NCBI GenBank assembly: GCA_011371305.1
Contig: DRQW01000165.1
Location: forward strand, 1-37,764
Reading direction: 5' to 3'
DNA length: 37,764 bases
Origin: Anaerolineae bacterium
GTDB taxonomy: Bacteria > Chloroflexota > Anaerolineae > J102
In this document: positions 29,898 to 37,764 of the stretch, piece after piece
How positions within the stretch are numbered: the first letter of the stretch is position 1
How the letters are laid out: each line of letters starts with the position of its first letter
Program-made: the position numbers and the translations under genes
The notes under the pieces: model-generated
Told to the model about the DNA's origin: nothing
Seen by the model: only the letters and a program-made list of their open reading frames with translations
The model's database searches: none

Positions 29898-30572
29898 ATG
29901 CCCGTCGAAACCCTTTCTCCATCCCTCACCCTCACCGAATCGGGCCTGTTGCTTTTGCCAGGCCATGCCCCCTTGCAAACCATCGTCGAGGCAGAAAACG
30001 CCCCCGCCCTGCTGAAACAGGTCCTGAAACGCAGCTATACCTGGCAGGAGCGCAACGACGTCAGCATTCGACAGGCCGCGCTCTCGCCCGACCGCGGGCC
30101 CCTTTGGGCCGCGGCGCTCATGGCCTGGGACGCCCAGGCCCTGTTCGAAGGGGGTGACACCGTTCCCTATGTGGCTTATTTCCGTCGCACGGCCCGCGGC
30201 CAGGGCCGCATGACCGGGTTACTCATCCCGCCCGAGGCCGACAACCGGCGCTGGGGCGTGGCCGAAGTCGCGCGCACCAAGCGCGACACGCCCATCGTGG
30301 CCGCGGTAGCCGTGGTCGATTTCGATGGCCATCGGGTGACCGCGGCCCGGGTGGCCCTGACGGGCGCCTGGAAACGCACCGCGGACCTGGCCCAGGCCCC
30401 CGCCCGGCTGGCGGGCCAGCCCCTCACGCCCGAAGCCATCGACGCGGTGGCCCAAGCCATCGCCGCCGAAGCCGATCCCCGGCCCAACTTCCTGGGCTCG
30501 GTCGCATACCGCCGGGCCATGGCCGAGGTGTTGAGCCGGGACGCGCTGCTGAAGTGTTTGAAATCAAACTAG
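29898..30572 (+). CDS. Truncated/divergent FAD-subunit homologue of xanthine dehydrogenase-family enzymes (YgfM/CoxM-like)
   Basis: C-terminal ARVALTG and NFLGSVAYRRAMAEVL motifs; GAGGAG SD; directly upstream of the Mo subunit. Confidence 0.75.
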   Translation: MPVETLSPSLTLTESGLLLLPGHAPLQTIVEAENAPALLKQVLKRSYTWQERNDVSIRQAALSPDRGPLWAAALMAWDAQALFEGGDTVPYVAYFRRTARGQGRMTGLLIPPEADNRRWGVAEVARTKRDTPIVAAVAVVDFDGHRVTAARVALTGAWKRTADLAQAPARLAGQPLTPEAIDAVAQAIAAEADPRPNFLGSVAYRRAMAEVLSRDALLKCLKSN

Positions 30573-30592
30573 TGATTGCCAAAATCGAAGCT

Positions 30593-30719
30593 GGCGCGGG
30601 AAGCCGATCTCATATTCCGTATTGCGTATTGCGTATTCCGTATTGCGTGACGGCTGGACGGAATACGCAATACGAAGTACGCATCATTGCAGACTCGCCC
30701 AACCTTGGCTTTGATGACC
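30593..30719. repeat. Heptamer palindrome (CGTATTG/CGTATTC ... GAATACG/CAATACG) inside the shared scaffold
   Basis: Left flank GGCGCGGGAAGCCGA is identical to 37396-37410; the right flank resembles 37481-37505. Confidence 0.85.
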
Positions 30720-30760
30720 TTCTGCGACCAGCGATCATTTTTCATAACAGGAGATCATCC

Positions 30761-33679
30761 ATGCGTGGCACTCCCACCCAAATCACCCTCACCGTCAACG
30801 GCCAGCAGCAGACCTGGACCGTAGGACAACGCGATTCCCTGGCTCAGGCCCTGCGCGACCATCAACTTTACAGCGTCAAACTCGGTTGCGATACCGGCGA
30901 CTGCGGCATCTGCACCGTGTTGGTGGATGGGAACCCTGTGCGCAGTTGCATGGTGCGGGCCGTCGAGGTGGATGGCAAGGAGGTATTCACCACCGAAGGC
31001 CTGGCCCAGGGCGGCGAACTTCATCCTATCCAGCAGGCGTTCATCGAAGTAGGCGCGGCCCAATGCGGCTTCTGCACCCCGGGCATTCTCATGGCCACCA
31101 AAGCCCTCCTCGACCGCAATCCCAATCCCACCGCGGAGGAGGTGCGCGAGGCCACGGCCGGGGTTTACTGCCGCTGCACGGGCTATGTGCGCACCACCCA
31201 CGGCGTGCTGCAGGCCGCGAAGAAACTGCGCGGGGAGGAGACCGGGCCGCTGCAACCCATCCGCTTCAAACTCACCGACGAAGACAGCATCGACGACATC
31301 GAGCTGCCCGAGCCCTTCCATCGTCGGGATAACGACGTGCACCCCCTGCCGCCGGTGGTCATCACCCCGCCCGACATGCCGGAGACCACGGTCGTGGGCG
31401 CGCCCGAGATCAAGGTGGACGCGCGCAAGCTCATCCTCGGGCGGCCTGTGTACGCCTTCGACAAATACGTGGAAGGCATGCTCTACGGCGCCATCCTCAC
31501 CAGCCCCCACGCCCACGCCCGCATCCTCGATATCGACACCAGCGAGGCCGAAGCGTTGCCCGGCGTCCATGCCGTTCTCACCTACAAAAACGTGCCCCGG
31601 GTCAAACACGCCACCGGCGGCCAGAGCCCGCCCCAGCCACCGCCCTACGACCAGGTCATGTTCGACAACAAGGTGCGGCATGTAGGCGATCGGGTGGCTG
31701 CCGTGGCCGCAGAAACACCCGAACTGGCCAAAAAAGCCCTGCGCCTGATCAAGGTCCAATACGAAGTGCTGCCCCACGTCATCGACCCGATGGAGGCCAT
31801 GCAGCCGGGCGCGCCCGTCATCCACGATGAAGATGACACCGTGGGCATCTACGATCCCCAGCGCAACATCGTCCATCACATCGAAGCCGAGGTGGGCGAT
31901 GTGGACGCGGCCTTCGCCGAGGCCGACTTTATCTACGAAGGCGAATACTACACGCCCAAACAACAGCACGCCCACCTGGAACCCCACGTCACCATCACCT
32001 GGTGGGACGAGAACGACCGCCTGGTCATCTATACCTCCACCCAGGTGCCCTTCCACCTGCGCCGCATCGTCGCACCCCTCATCGGCATCGATCCCAAGCG
32101 AATTCGCGTGATCAAACCGCGCACGGGCGGCGGCTTTGGCAACAAGCAGGAAATGATCCTGGAGGATGTGTGCGCCATGCTCACCGTGCGCACCGGTCGT
32201 CCCGTGCGTCTCGAATTCACCCGCACCGACGAGTTTTATTCCACCCGCAGCGCCCATCCCAACATCGTGCGCTACAAAGTGGGCGTGAAGGGCGACATCG
32301 TCACCGCGGCCGAACTCTACCTGGTGGGCGACACGGGCGCGTACGGCACCCACGGCCTCACCGTGCAGATGGTGGGCGGCCTCAAGGGCCTGTCGCTTTA
32401 CAATCCCCCCAACGCCCGCTTCATCTCCGACGTGGTCTATACCAACCAGCCGCCCACAGGCGCATTCCGCGGCTACGGCGCCACCCAGGCCCAGTTCGGC
32501 TTCGAGGTGATCATGGAGGAGATCGCGGAAAAGCTGGGCCTGGATGTGGTCGAATTCAAGGGCAAGAACGTGCTCAAAGTCGGGGAGCCCATGCATCTGG
32601 CCGAGAAGCTGGGCGAGGGCCGGGAAGGCTATCCCCAGGATCTGACCACCAGCGCCCTGGCCGAATGCACCCGCATCGGGCTGGAGGCCACCGATTTCTA
32701 TGCCAAGCGCAAAGCCTACGCCAAACAGACGGGCCGCTACCGCAAGGGCATCGGCTTCGCCAACACCATGCACGGGTCCGGCATCGCGGGCCTGGACATG
32801 GCCGCGGCCACCATCAAGATGTGGGATGACGGCACCTTCTTCCTCACCGTAGGCGCCACCGACATCGGCACCGGCTCCGACACCATCCTCGCCCAGATCG
32901 CGGCCGAAGTCCTGGGCGTCCCCCTGGCAGATATCGTCATCTATTCCTCTGACACCGACTTCACGCCCTACGACACGGGCGCGTACGCCAGCTCCACCAC
33001 CTACATCAGCGGCGGCGCGGTGCGCAAGGCCGCGCTCAAGGTGCGCCAGCAGATTTTGGAGTTCGCCGCGCTCATGTGGGAGCTGGATTCCACCGAGGGC
33101 CTGGAGCTGCGGGACCGCAAGGTCATCGCGCCCGATGGCCGCGAGCTCACCCTGTGGGACATCGGCATGACCAGCACCCACCAGATGGAGCAGCGCCAGA
33201 TCATGGCCACGGCCTCCCACATGAGCTACGTCAGCCCGCCCCCCGCGGCCGCGTCCTTCGCCGAGGTCACGGTGGATACCTGGACCGGCCAGGTGACGGT
33301 GGACCGCTTCTTCGTGGCCGCGGACATCGGCCGGGTGATCAATCCGGTGACGGCCGCGGGCCAGATCGAAGGGGGTGTGCTCCAGGCCATGGGTTTTGTC
33401 ATGGCCGAAGAAATGGTATTCGACGAGAAGGGAAGGCTGGTCAACGCCAACCTCAAGGACTATCATCCCTATCTGGCGGATGAAGCGCCTCCCATCGATG
33501 TGGTGTTCGTGGAGACCAACGAGGGCACCGGTCCCTTCGGCGCCAAATCGGTGGCCGAGCTGGCCATGGACGGCGCCGCGCCCGCGATCGTCAGCGCGGT
33601 GCACAACGCCACGGGCGTGTGGGTGCGCAAGCTGCCCCTCTATCCCGAGCGGGTGTGGAGGGCGATTCAGGGCGAATAA
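30761..33679 (+). CDS. Xanthine dehydrogenase-family molybdoenzyme with fused 2x[2Fe-2S] and Mo-binding subunit (XdhD-like)
   Basis: GCDTGDCGIC, QCGFCTPG, CRCTGY, GGGFGNK, AFRGYG, GQIEGG and GAKSVAE motifs; AGGAG SD before ATG 30761. Confidence 0.93.
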   Translation: MRGTPTQITLTVNGQQQTWTVGQRDSLAQALRDHQLYSVKLGCDTGDCGICTVLVDGNPVRSCMVRAVEVDGKEVFTTEGLAQGGELHPIQQAFIEVGAAQCGFCTPGILMATKALLDRNPNPTAEEVREATAGVYCRCTGYVRTTHGVLQAAKKLRGEETGPLQPIRFKLTDEDSIDDIELPEPFHRRDNDVHPLPPVVITPPDMPETTVVGAPEIKVDARKLILGRPVYAFDKYVEGMLYGAILTSPHAHARILDIDTSEAEALPGVHAVLTYKNVPRVKHATGGQSPPQPPPYDQVMFDNKVRHVGDRVAAVAAETPELAKKALRLIKVQYEVLPHVIDPMEAMQPGAPVIHDEDDTVGIYDPQRNIVHHIEAEVGDVDAAFAEADFIYEGEYYTPKQQHAHLEPHVTITWWDENDRLVIYTSTQVPFHLRRIVAPLIGIDPKRIRVIKPRTGGGFGNKQEMILEDVCAMLTVRTGRPVRLEFTRTDEFYSTRSAHPNIVRYKVGVKGDIVTAAELYLVGDTGAYGTHGLTVQMVGGLKGLSLYNPPNARFISDVVYTNQPPTGAFRGYGATQAQFGFEVIMEEIAEKLGLDVVEFKGKNVLKVGEPMHLAEKLGEGREGYPQDLTTSALAECTRIGLEATDFYAKRKAYAKQTGRYRKGIGFANTMHGSGIAGLDMAAATIKMWDDGTFFLTVGATDIGTGSDTILAQIAAEVLGVPLADIVIYSSDTDFTPYDTGAYASSTTYISGGAVRKAALKVRQQILEFAALMWELDSTEGLELRDRKVIAPDGRELTLWDIGMTSTHQMEQRQIMATASHMSYVSPPPAAASFAEVTVDTWTGQVTVDRFFVAADIGRVINPVTAAGQIEGGVLQAMGFVMAEEMVFDEKGRLVNANLKDYHPYLADEAPPIDVVFVETNEGTGPFGAKSVAELAMDGAAPAIVSAVHNATGVWVRKLPLYPERVWRAIQGE

Positions 33680-33730
33680 GCCCTCTGATTCTTCCCACAA
33701 ACCGAAAAACGATCTTGTATCCTCTCTCGC

Positions 33731-33850
33731 TTGACCGACTTTACGCCCGAATACCGCCTGCGTGTGGGCGATTACCGCATCCTCTTCGAAGTTGAGGAAG
33801 ACCAAATCGTGATTTATCGTGTTCGCCATCGCAAGGATGTATACCGGTAG
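33731..33850 (+). pseudogene. C-terminal fragment of a RelE/StbE-family toxin
   Basis: Manual translation [39 protein letters not shown]; the N-terminal half is missing. Confidence 0.85.
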
Positions 33851-33898
33851 CAACTATCGGGCGATCATGCTTTTCTCAACATAGTGAAGTTTACGCTT

Positions 33899-34095
33899 GT
33901 GATCGATATCAAACCTCAATAAAAAAGAAGGGCGCAAGGAATTTGTGATTTTGACCTACGAAGATTTTTTGAAGGTCCAACAGGCACTGGAAGATTACGA
34001 AGACCTGAAAGCTTTGCGCGAAGCAAAAAGAAGCAGAAAAAGACGCCCCTACCACCTCCCATGAAGAACTGAAGGCCTTGTTTGGCATGGAGTAA
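33899..34095 (+). pseudogene. Frameshifted type II antitoxin
   Basis: Reconstructs as MIDIKPQ / KKEGRKEFVILTYEDFLKVQQALEDYEDLKALREAK / EAEKDAPTTSHEELKALFGME*, with frame breaks near 33920 and 34029. Confidence 0.75.
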
Positions 34096-34136
34096 ACTGC
34101 GGTTACGAATTCACAACTGCCTCCAACACATCATCT

Positions 34137-34277
34137 GCCACGAAGGCTCAAAGGAACGAAGCCAATGCAGGTTTGCAAGTCGCAAGTGACAAGGCAAGTT
34201 CTTCTGACGGCGACGTTTTTCCCCTGCCACTTGCCACCTGCCACTTCTCTCCTTCGTGTCGTCCTGTCTTCGTGGTT
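34137..34277. repeat. Nested palindrome: nonamer outer arms (CCACGAAG...CTTCGTGG) and GCAAGT/ACTTGC-type heptamer inner arms
   Basis: The inner part is an inverted homologue of 4263-4328; the outer arms differ in sequence from the 4228-4346 copy but still pair. Confidence 0.82.
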
Positions 34278-34379
34278 TTTGCCTTGCTATGAGAAGGGAC
34301 GTGGATAGTTACACGTTTTTTACGTTATAATCTGGTTGACAGCAACGCAAGCAAACTGTGAGAAATAAGGAGAAACATC

Positions 34380-34649
34380 ATGACGATTGAAAAAATCCTT
34401 GCAGATATCCATGCTTTGGAAGAAGAGCTCTTGGCCTTCGAACGAAAATACGGTATTCGTTCGGAAACTTTCTATGCCGCTTACATGAGTGGTGAAGAGC
34501 CTGAAGACGAAAGTTGGGTGCTGGATTTTGGTGAATGGGCCAGCGTCTACCGCACTTGGCTGGCGCGCCAGGCGGATTATCGCAATGAAATCCAGCGGTT
34601 ACAGCGGAACTCAACCAGCATCAAAGGATTGATTCGGGTTGCAGCATGA
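34380..34649 (+). CDS. Small acidic protein, probable antitoxin (TumA-like partner of DUF6516)
   Basis: AAGGAG SD; L..FERKYG..SETFY....SG.....DFGEW pattern; ATGA overlap with the next gene; TATAAT at 34326-34331. Confidence 0.75.
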   Translation: MTIEKILADIHALEEELLAFERKYGIRSETFYAAYMSGEEPEDESWVLDFGEWASVYRTWLARQADYRNEIQRLQRNSTSIKGLIRVAA

Positions 34650-35083
34650 ATCCGTTAGCTAGGCCCGAAGATTATGAACTGTTTTTATATACGTTGACGG
34701 AGCGATATCCCTCGATTCAGCGCTCGACTGTGATTTTTGTTCGCAGGGGCGCAACGTTGGCGCGAGTGTCAGGCGAACTGGTATTTGACCACGGCTTTCG
34801 ATTAGTGATTCGTGAACGTCTGGTATTCCATCGATTACCCGGTGTGATAGACTGGTATGGTTATGAGATCTGGCGCGGAAACGAAAAACTATGCTGGTAC
34901 GACCCACAACCTCATCCCGACGATCCACACTTGCAAGCCACACATCCCCATCATAAACATATTCGGCCAAATATCAAACATAATCGCATTCCCGCGCCAG
35001 AAATGAGTTTTCATCGACCGAACATCCCTTTTCTTATCGAGGAAATCGAACAGCTGATAGCTTCCCCCTCAATGCTGAAATAA
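34646..35083 (+). CDS. DUF6516-like (TumE-type) putative toxin
   Basis: YGYE...WYDPQPH...THPHHKH motif; two-gene TA-like layout. Family recognised from memory, not by search. Confidence 0.78.
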   Translation: MNPLARPEDYELFLYTLTERYPSIQRSTVIFVRRGATLARVSGELVFDHGFRLVIRERLVFHRLPGVIDWYGYEIWRGNEKLCWYDPQPHPDDPHLQATHPHHKHIRPNIKHNRIPAPEMSFHRPNIPFLIEEIEQLIASPSMLK

Positions 35084-35110
35084 CAACCAGCCCCCTCCCC
35101 TATCCTCCAT

Positions 35111-35179
35111 GCGTCAAACGTCGGATGACGCTTTCCAGAAATAACCATTCTGGGCGCGCTTTGACGTTTGACGCTTGAC
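35111..35179. repeat. Heptamer palindrome (GCGTCAAACGTC ... GACGTTTGACGC) with internal CCAGAA/TTCTGG stem
   Basis: 12-bp perfectly complementary arms built from CGTCAAA-type units. Confidence 0.78.
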
Positions 35180-35190
35180 TTTTTACCCCC

Positions 35191-37308
35191 ATGAATCTCG
35201 CCATCATCTGGCACATGCACCAGCCCCTCTACCGCCAGCCGGGCAGCGATGTGGCCATCCTGCCCTGGGTGCGGCTGCACGCGGTCAAGGATTACCTGCA
35301 CATGGCCCAAGTCCTGGCCGCGCACCCGGACATGCGCGCCACCTTCACCCTGACGCCCTCGCTGGCCGAGCAACTGGAGGATTACGCGGCCGGGCGGCTG
35401 GTGGATCGGCTCATGCAGCTCGCGGATCGGGCCTGGTTTAGTCCGGATGAGAAGCGCTATCTGCTGGACATGTGCTTCAGCATCAACCCCGCCATCATCG
35501 CCCAATACCCGCCCTACCAGGCCATCCTCGACCGCCGTCACCTGGCCCGCCTCAATCCCGACTACTTCTCCGCCCAGACCTACCGCGACCTGCTGGTGTG
35601 GTTCAACCTGGCCTGGACCGACCCCAACCTGCTGGAGCGGGATGATTTCCTGGCCGGGCTGGTGCAAAAAGGCCGGGACTTCACCCCGTCCGAGGCCCGG
35701 GGGCTCATGGAAAAACATCGGGAGATCATGGGCCAGGTCCTGCCCACGTATCGGGCATTGGCGGAAAAAGGGCAGTTGGAGCTCATCACCGTGCCCTTCT
35801 ACCATCCCATCCTGCCCCTGCTGGTGGATAGCCGCATCGCCCAACGCCCCAGCCCCGGCCTGCCCATCCCCGATCCCCCTTTCCGTGCGCCCGAGGATGC
35901 CGAGGCGCAGATCCGCTGGGCGGTGGAGAAACACACACGGCTGATGGGCGAGAAGCCCGTGGGCATGTGGCCCAGCGAGGGCGCGGTCGCGCCCGAGATC
36001 CTGCCCCTGGCCGCGGCCGCGGGCCTGACCTGGCTGGCCACGGACGAAGCCATCCTGGGCGAAAGCCTGGGCATCTATTTCGAGCGGGATGAGACGGGCC
36101 TGGTCCGCCGCGGAGACCTGCTCTACCATCCCTGGCGGGTCGCCACACCCCAGGGCGACCTGGCCATCCTCTTCCGCGACCATGACCTCTCCGACCGCAT
36201 CGGGTTCGTCTATCAGCACCTGCCCGCGGCCCAGGCCGCGGAGGACATGATCGTTCGGCTGGAGCGCATCGCCCGGGCCTTTGGCAACCGCGAGGACGGG
36301 CTGATCACCATCATCCTCGATGGCGAAAACGCCTGGGAATACTACGAGCACAACGGCGATCCCTTCCTGCACGAGCTTTACACCCGTCTCACCGCCCACC
36401 CCCACCTGACGCCCGTCCTCCCCAGCCAGCATCTGGCCCAGCATCCCCCCACCGACACCCTGGAGCGCCTGGCCTCAGGAAGTTGGATCCTGGGCGACTT
36501 TACCACCTGGATGGGCGACCCGGAGCATCTGGTCGCCTGGTCCCGGCTGCGCGACCTGCGGGACGCTTACGCCGCCTGGGTGGAGGAAACCCGGCCCGAG
36601 CCCGCGCAGTTGCACCTCGTTCAGCATCACCTCTTCGCGGCCGAGGGATCCGACTGGTTCTGGTGGTATTCCCACCGCAACAGCAGCGCCCAGGACGCGC
36701 TCTTCGACCAGCTCTTCCGCGACTACCTGGCCGCGGCCTACCGGGCCATGGATATCCTCCCGCCCGAAGCACTGGCCCAGCCCATCACCGGCATGGCCCA
36801 GCAGCCCCCGCCGCCCCGCCATTTCCTCACCCCCCGCCTCACCGCCTCCCCCGATCCCTCCCGATATTGGGCCGACGCCCAAGTCATCCGCCCGGACATC
36901 TCCACCGGTGCCATGCAGCAGGCGGGGAGCCTGGTGCAGGCCGTGCGCTATGCCAACGATGCGGACCATCTGTACCTGCGGCTGGAATTGAGCGTGCCAC
37001 TAGCTCGCTTCGCCCTGGAGATGCACCTGCGTACAGCGGGAGGAGCCTATCTGCTGCGGTTGGGCCGGGATCAAACCACCGCGTTCCTGATGCGTCTGGA
37101 AAATGGCTCCGAGGTGAATGTGGGGCCTGTACGATGCGCGTTGGGGGAAAAGCTGGCGGAATTTGCCATCCCGCTGGGGACGTTGGCTATCGATCTGGGG
37201 CAGATGACCACGGTCTTTCTTCATCTCACCCTGACCGGTACGGCAGGCGACGTGGTCCGCTTTCCGCATACGGGCGAAGTCGCGTTGGAATTAGCCCAAG
37301 GAACATAA
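35191..37308 (+). CDS. Glycoside hydrolase family 57 (amylopullulanase-like)
   Basis: WHMHQP, PFYHPILPL, GMWPSEG (nucleophile), LDGENAWE (acid/base) and AEGSDWFWW conserved regions. Confidence 0.94.
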   Translation: MNLAIIWHMHQPLYRQPGSDVAILPWVRLHAVKDYLHMAQVLAAHPDMRATFTLTPSLAEQLEDYAAGRLVDRLMQLADRAWFSPDEKRYLLDMCFSINPAIIAQYPPYQAILDRRHLARLNPDYFSAQTYRDLLVWFNLAWTDPNLLERDDFLAGLVQKGRDFTPSEARGLMEKHREIMGQVLPTYRALAEKGQLELITVPFYHPILPLLVDSRIAQRPSPGLPIPDPPFRAPEDAEAQIRWAVEKHTRLMGEKPVGMWPSEGAVAPEILPLAAAAGLTWLATDEAILGESLGIYFERDETGLVRRGDLLYHPWRVATPQGDLAILFRDHDLSDRIGFVYQHLPAAQAAEDMIVRLERIARAFGNREDGLITIILDGENAWEYYEHNGDPFLHELYTRLTAHPHLTPVLPSQHLAQHPPTDTLERLASGSWILGDFTTWMGDPEHLVAWSRLRDLRDAYAAWVEETRPEPAQLHLVQHHLFAAEGSDWFWWYSHRNSSAQDALFDQLFRDYLAAAYRAMDILPPEALAQPITGMAQQPPPPRHFLTPRLTASPDPSRYWADAQVIRPDISTGAMQQAGSLVQAVRYANDADHLYLRLELSVPLARFALEMHLRTAGGAYLLRLGRDQTTAFLMRLENGSEVNVGPVRCALGEKLAEFAIPLGTLAIDLGQMTTVFLHLTLTGTAGDVVRFPHTGEVALELAQGT

Positions 37309-37311
37309 CGT

Positions 37312-37340
37312 TTGTCAGGCCACGCGGGGACAGGTATAAT
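37312..37340 (+). promoter_or_regulatory. Sigma70-type promoter firing into mosaic repeat copy B
   Basis: TTGTCA (37312-37317), 17 bp, TATAAT (37335-37340). Confidence 0.75.
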
Positions 37341-37380
37341 GGCAAGGGATACGAGACGGCTCGCTGATGCCGATGACCAC

Positions 37381-37708
37381 GCCTCGCGCCACGTGGGCGC
37401 GGGAAGCCGACGCCGTAATGCGTCATGCGTGATGCGTAAGTCCTCACGTTTCACGCATCACGTGTCACGCCCGTTGGCGCCTCGCTCAACGTTGTCCTGA
37501 CGACCTCCATCCTAATCCTGATCCGAATCCTATTTTCATAGCAGTCCAACGGCGGGCCACCCCGTGCCGATACGGATAAAAATGGCGGGCTGTGCAGCCC
37601 CGTAACCGGTAAACCAGGAAACCCGGAAACCAGGGAAACCGGGCCAATCTGCTCCCCCTCCCGGTCTACCGGCCTACTGGTTTCCCGGTCTACCAATTTC
37701 AAAGCAGG
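37381..37708 (-). repeat. Mosaic repeat copy B (inverted relative to copy A)
   Basis: Reverse complement aligns with 22666-23002 across all modules. Confidence 0.92.
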
Positions 37709-37717
37709 AGCACATCC

Positions 37718-37764
37718 ATGTCCCCCAAACCCCTCTCCGACTATCCCCGTCCCCCAGAGGATAA
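37718..37764 (+). CDS. 5' end of a CDS running off the window (MSPKPLSDYPRPPED...)
   Basis: AGGAG SD at 37706-37710 and an open frame to the window end; only 15 codons visible. Confidence 0.6.
   Translation, partial: MSPKPLSDYPRPPED

Noticed and set aside
30554-30760. 69-aa N-terminal extension of the molybdoenzyme (IPYCVLRIPYCV)
   Set aside because: It is read-through of the heptamer palindrome; the SD supports ATG 30761.
30755-33853. 1032-aa ORF on the - strand, and similar long antisense ORFs over the ABC ATPase, binding protein, cobT, sucC, the oxidase and GH57
   Set aside because: They mirror well-supported genes on the opposite strand, an expected by-product of GC-rich codon bias, and show no recognisable motifs.

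Overview
GC-rich bacterial chromosomal window. The gene repertoire and protein style suggest Chloroflexota (Anaerolineae/Caldilineae-like), which is an inference. In order: an uncharacterised 562-aa Rossmann-fold protein; an ABC-2-type exporter; a NagR/DasR-type regulated amino-sugar/MurNAc recycling operon (GntR, sugar ABC, AmiE-like serine hydrolase, fused MurK-like kinase/MurQ); a cobalamin-riboswitch-controlled cobamide salvage operon (cobT, cobS, cbiZ, cbiB) running into a SAM methyltransferase and a PncC fusion; sucCD; an SDR/epimerase; a DEAD-box-like protein with nearly all catalytic motifs degenerate; an FmdB zinc ribbon; comEC; a DAO-family oxidase; an SH3 protein; an XdhD-like molybdoenzyme with a truncated FAD subunit; a small toxin-antitoxin island (one decayed pair, one intact pair); and a GH57. 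The most unusual feature is non-coding. About a dozen intergenic spacers carry modular palindromes built from tandem 6-, 7-, 8- or 9-mers. These share conserved flanking scaffolds, show structure-preserving sequence changes, assemble into ~335-bp mosaics (two near-identical inverted copies ~14.4 kb apart) and bracket the intact TA pair. No transposase, integrase, rRNA, tRNA or CRISPR array was seen. All alignments were done by eye and repeat boundaries are approximate.
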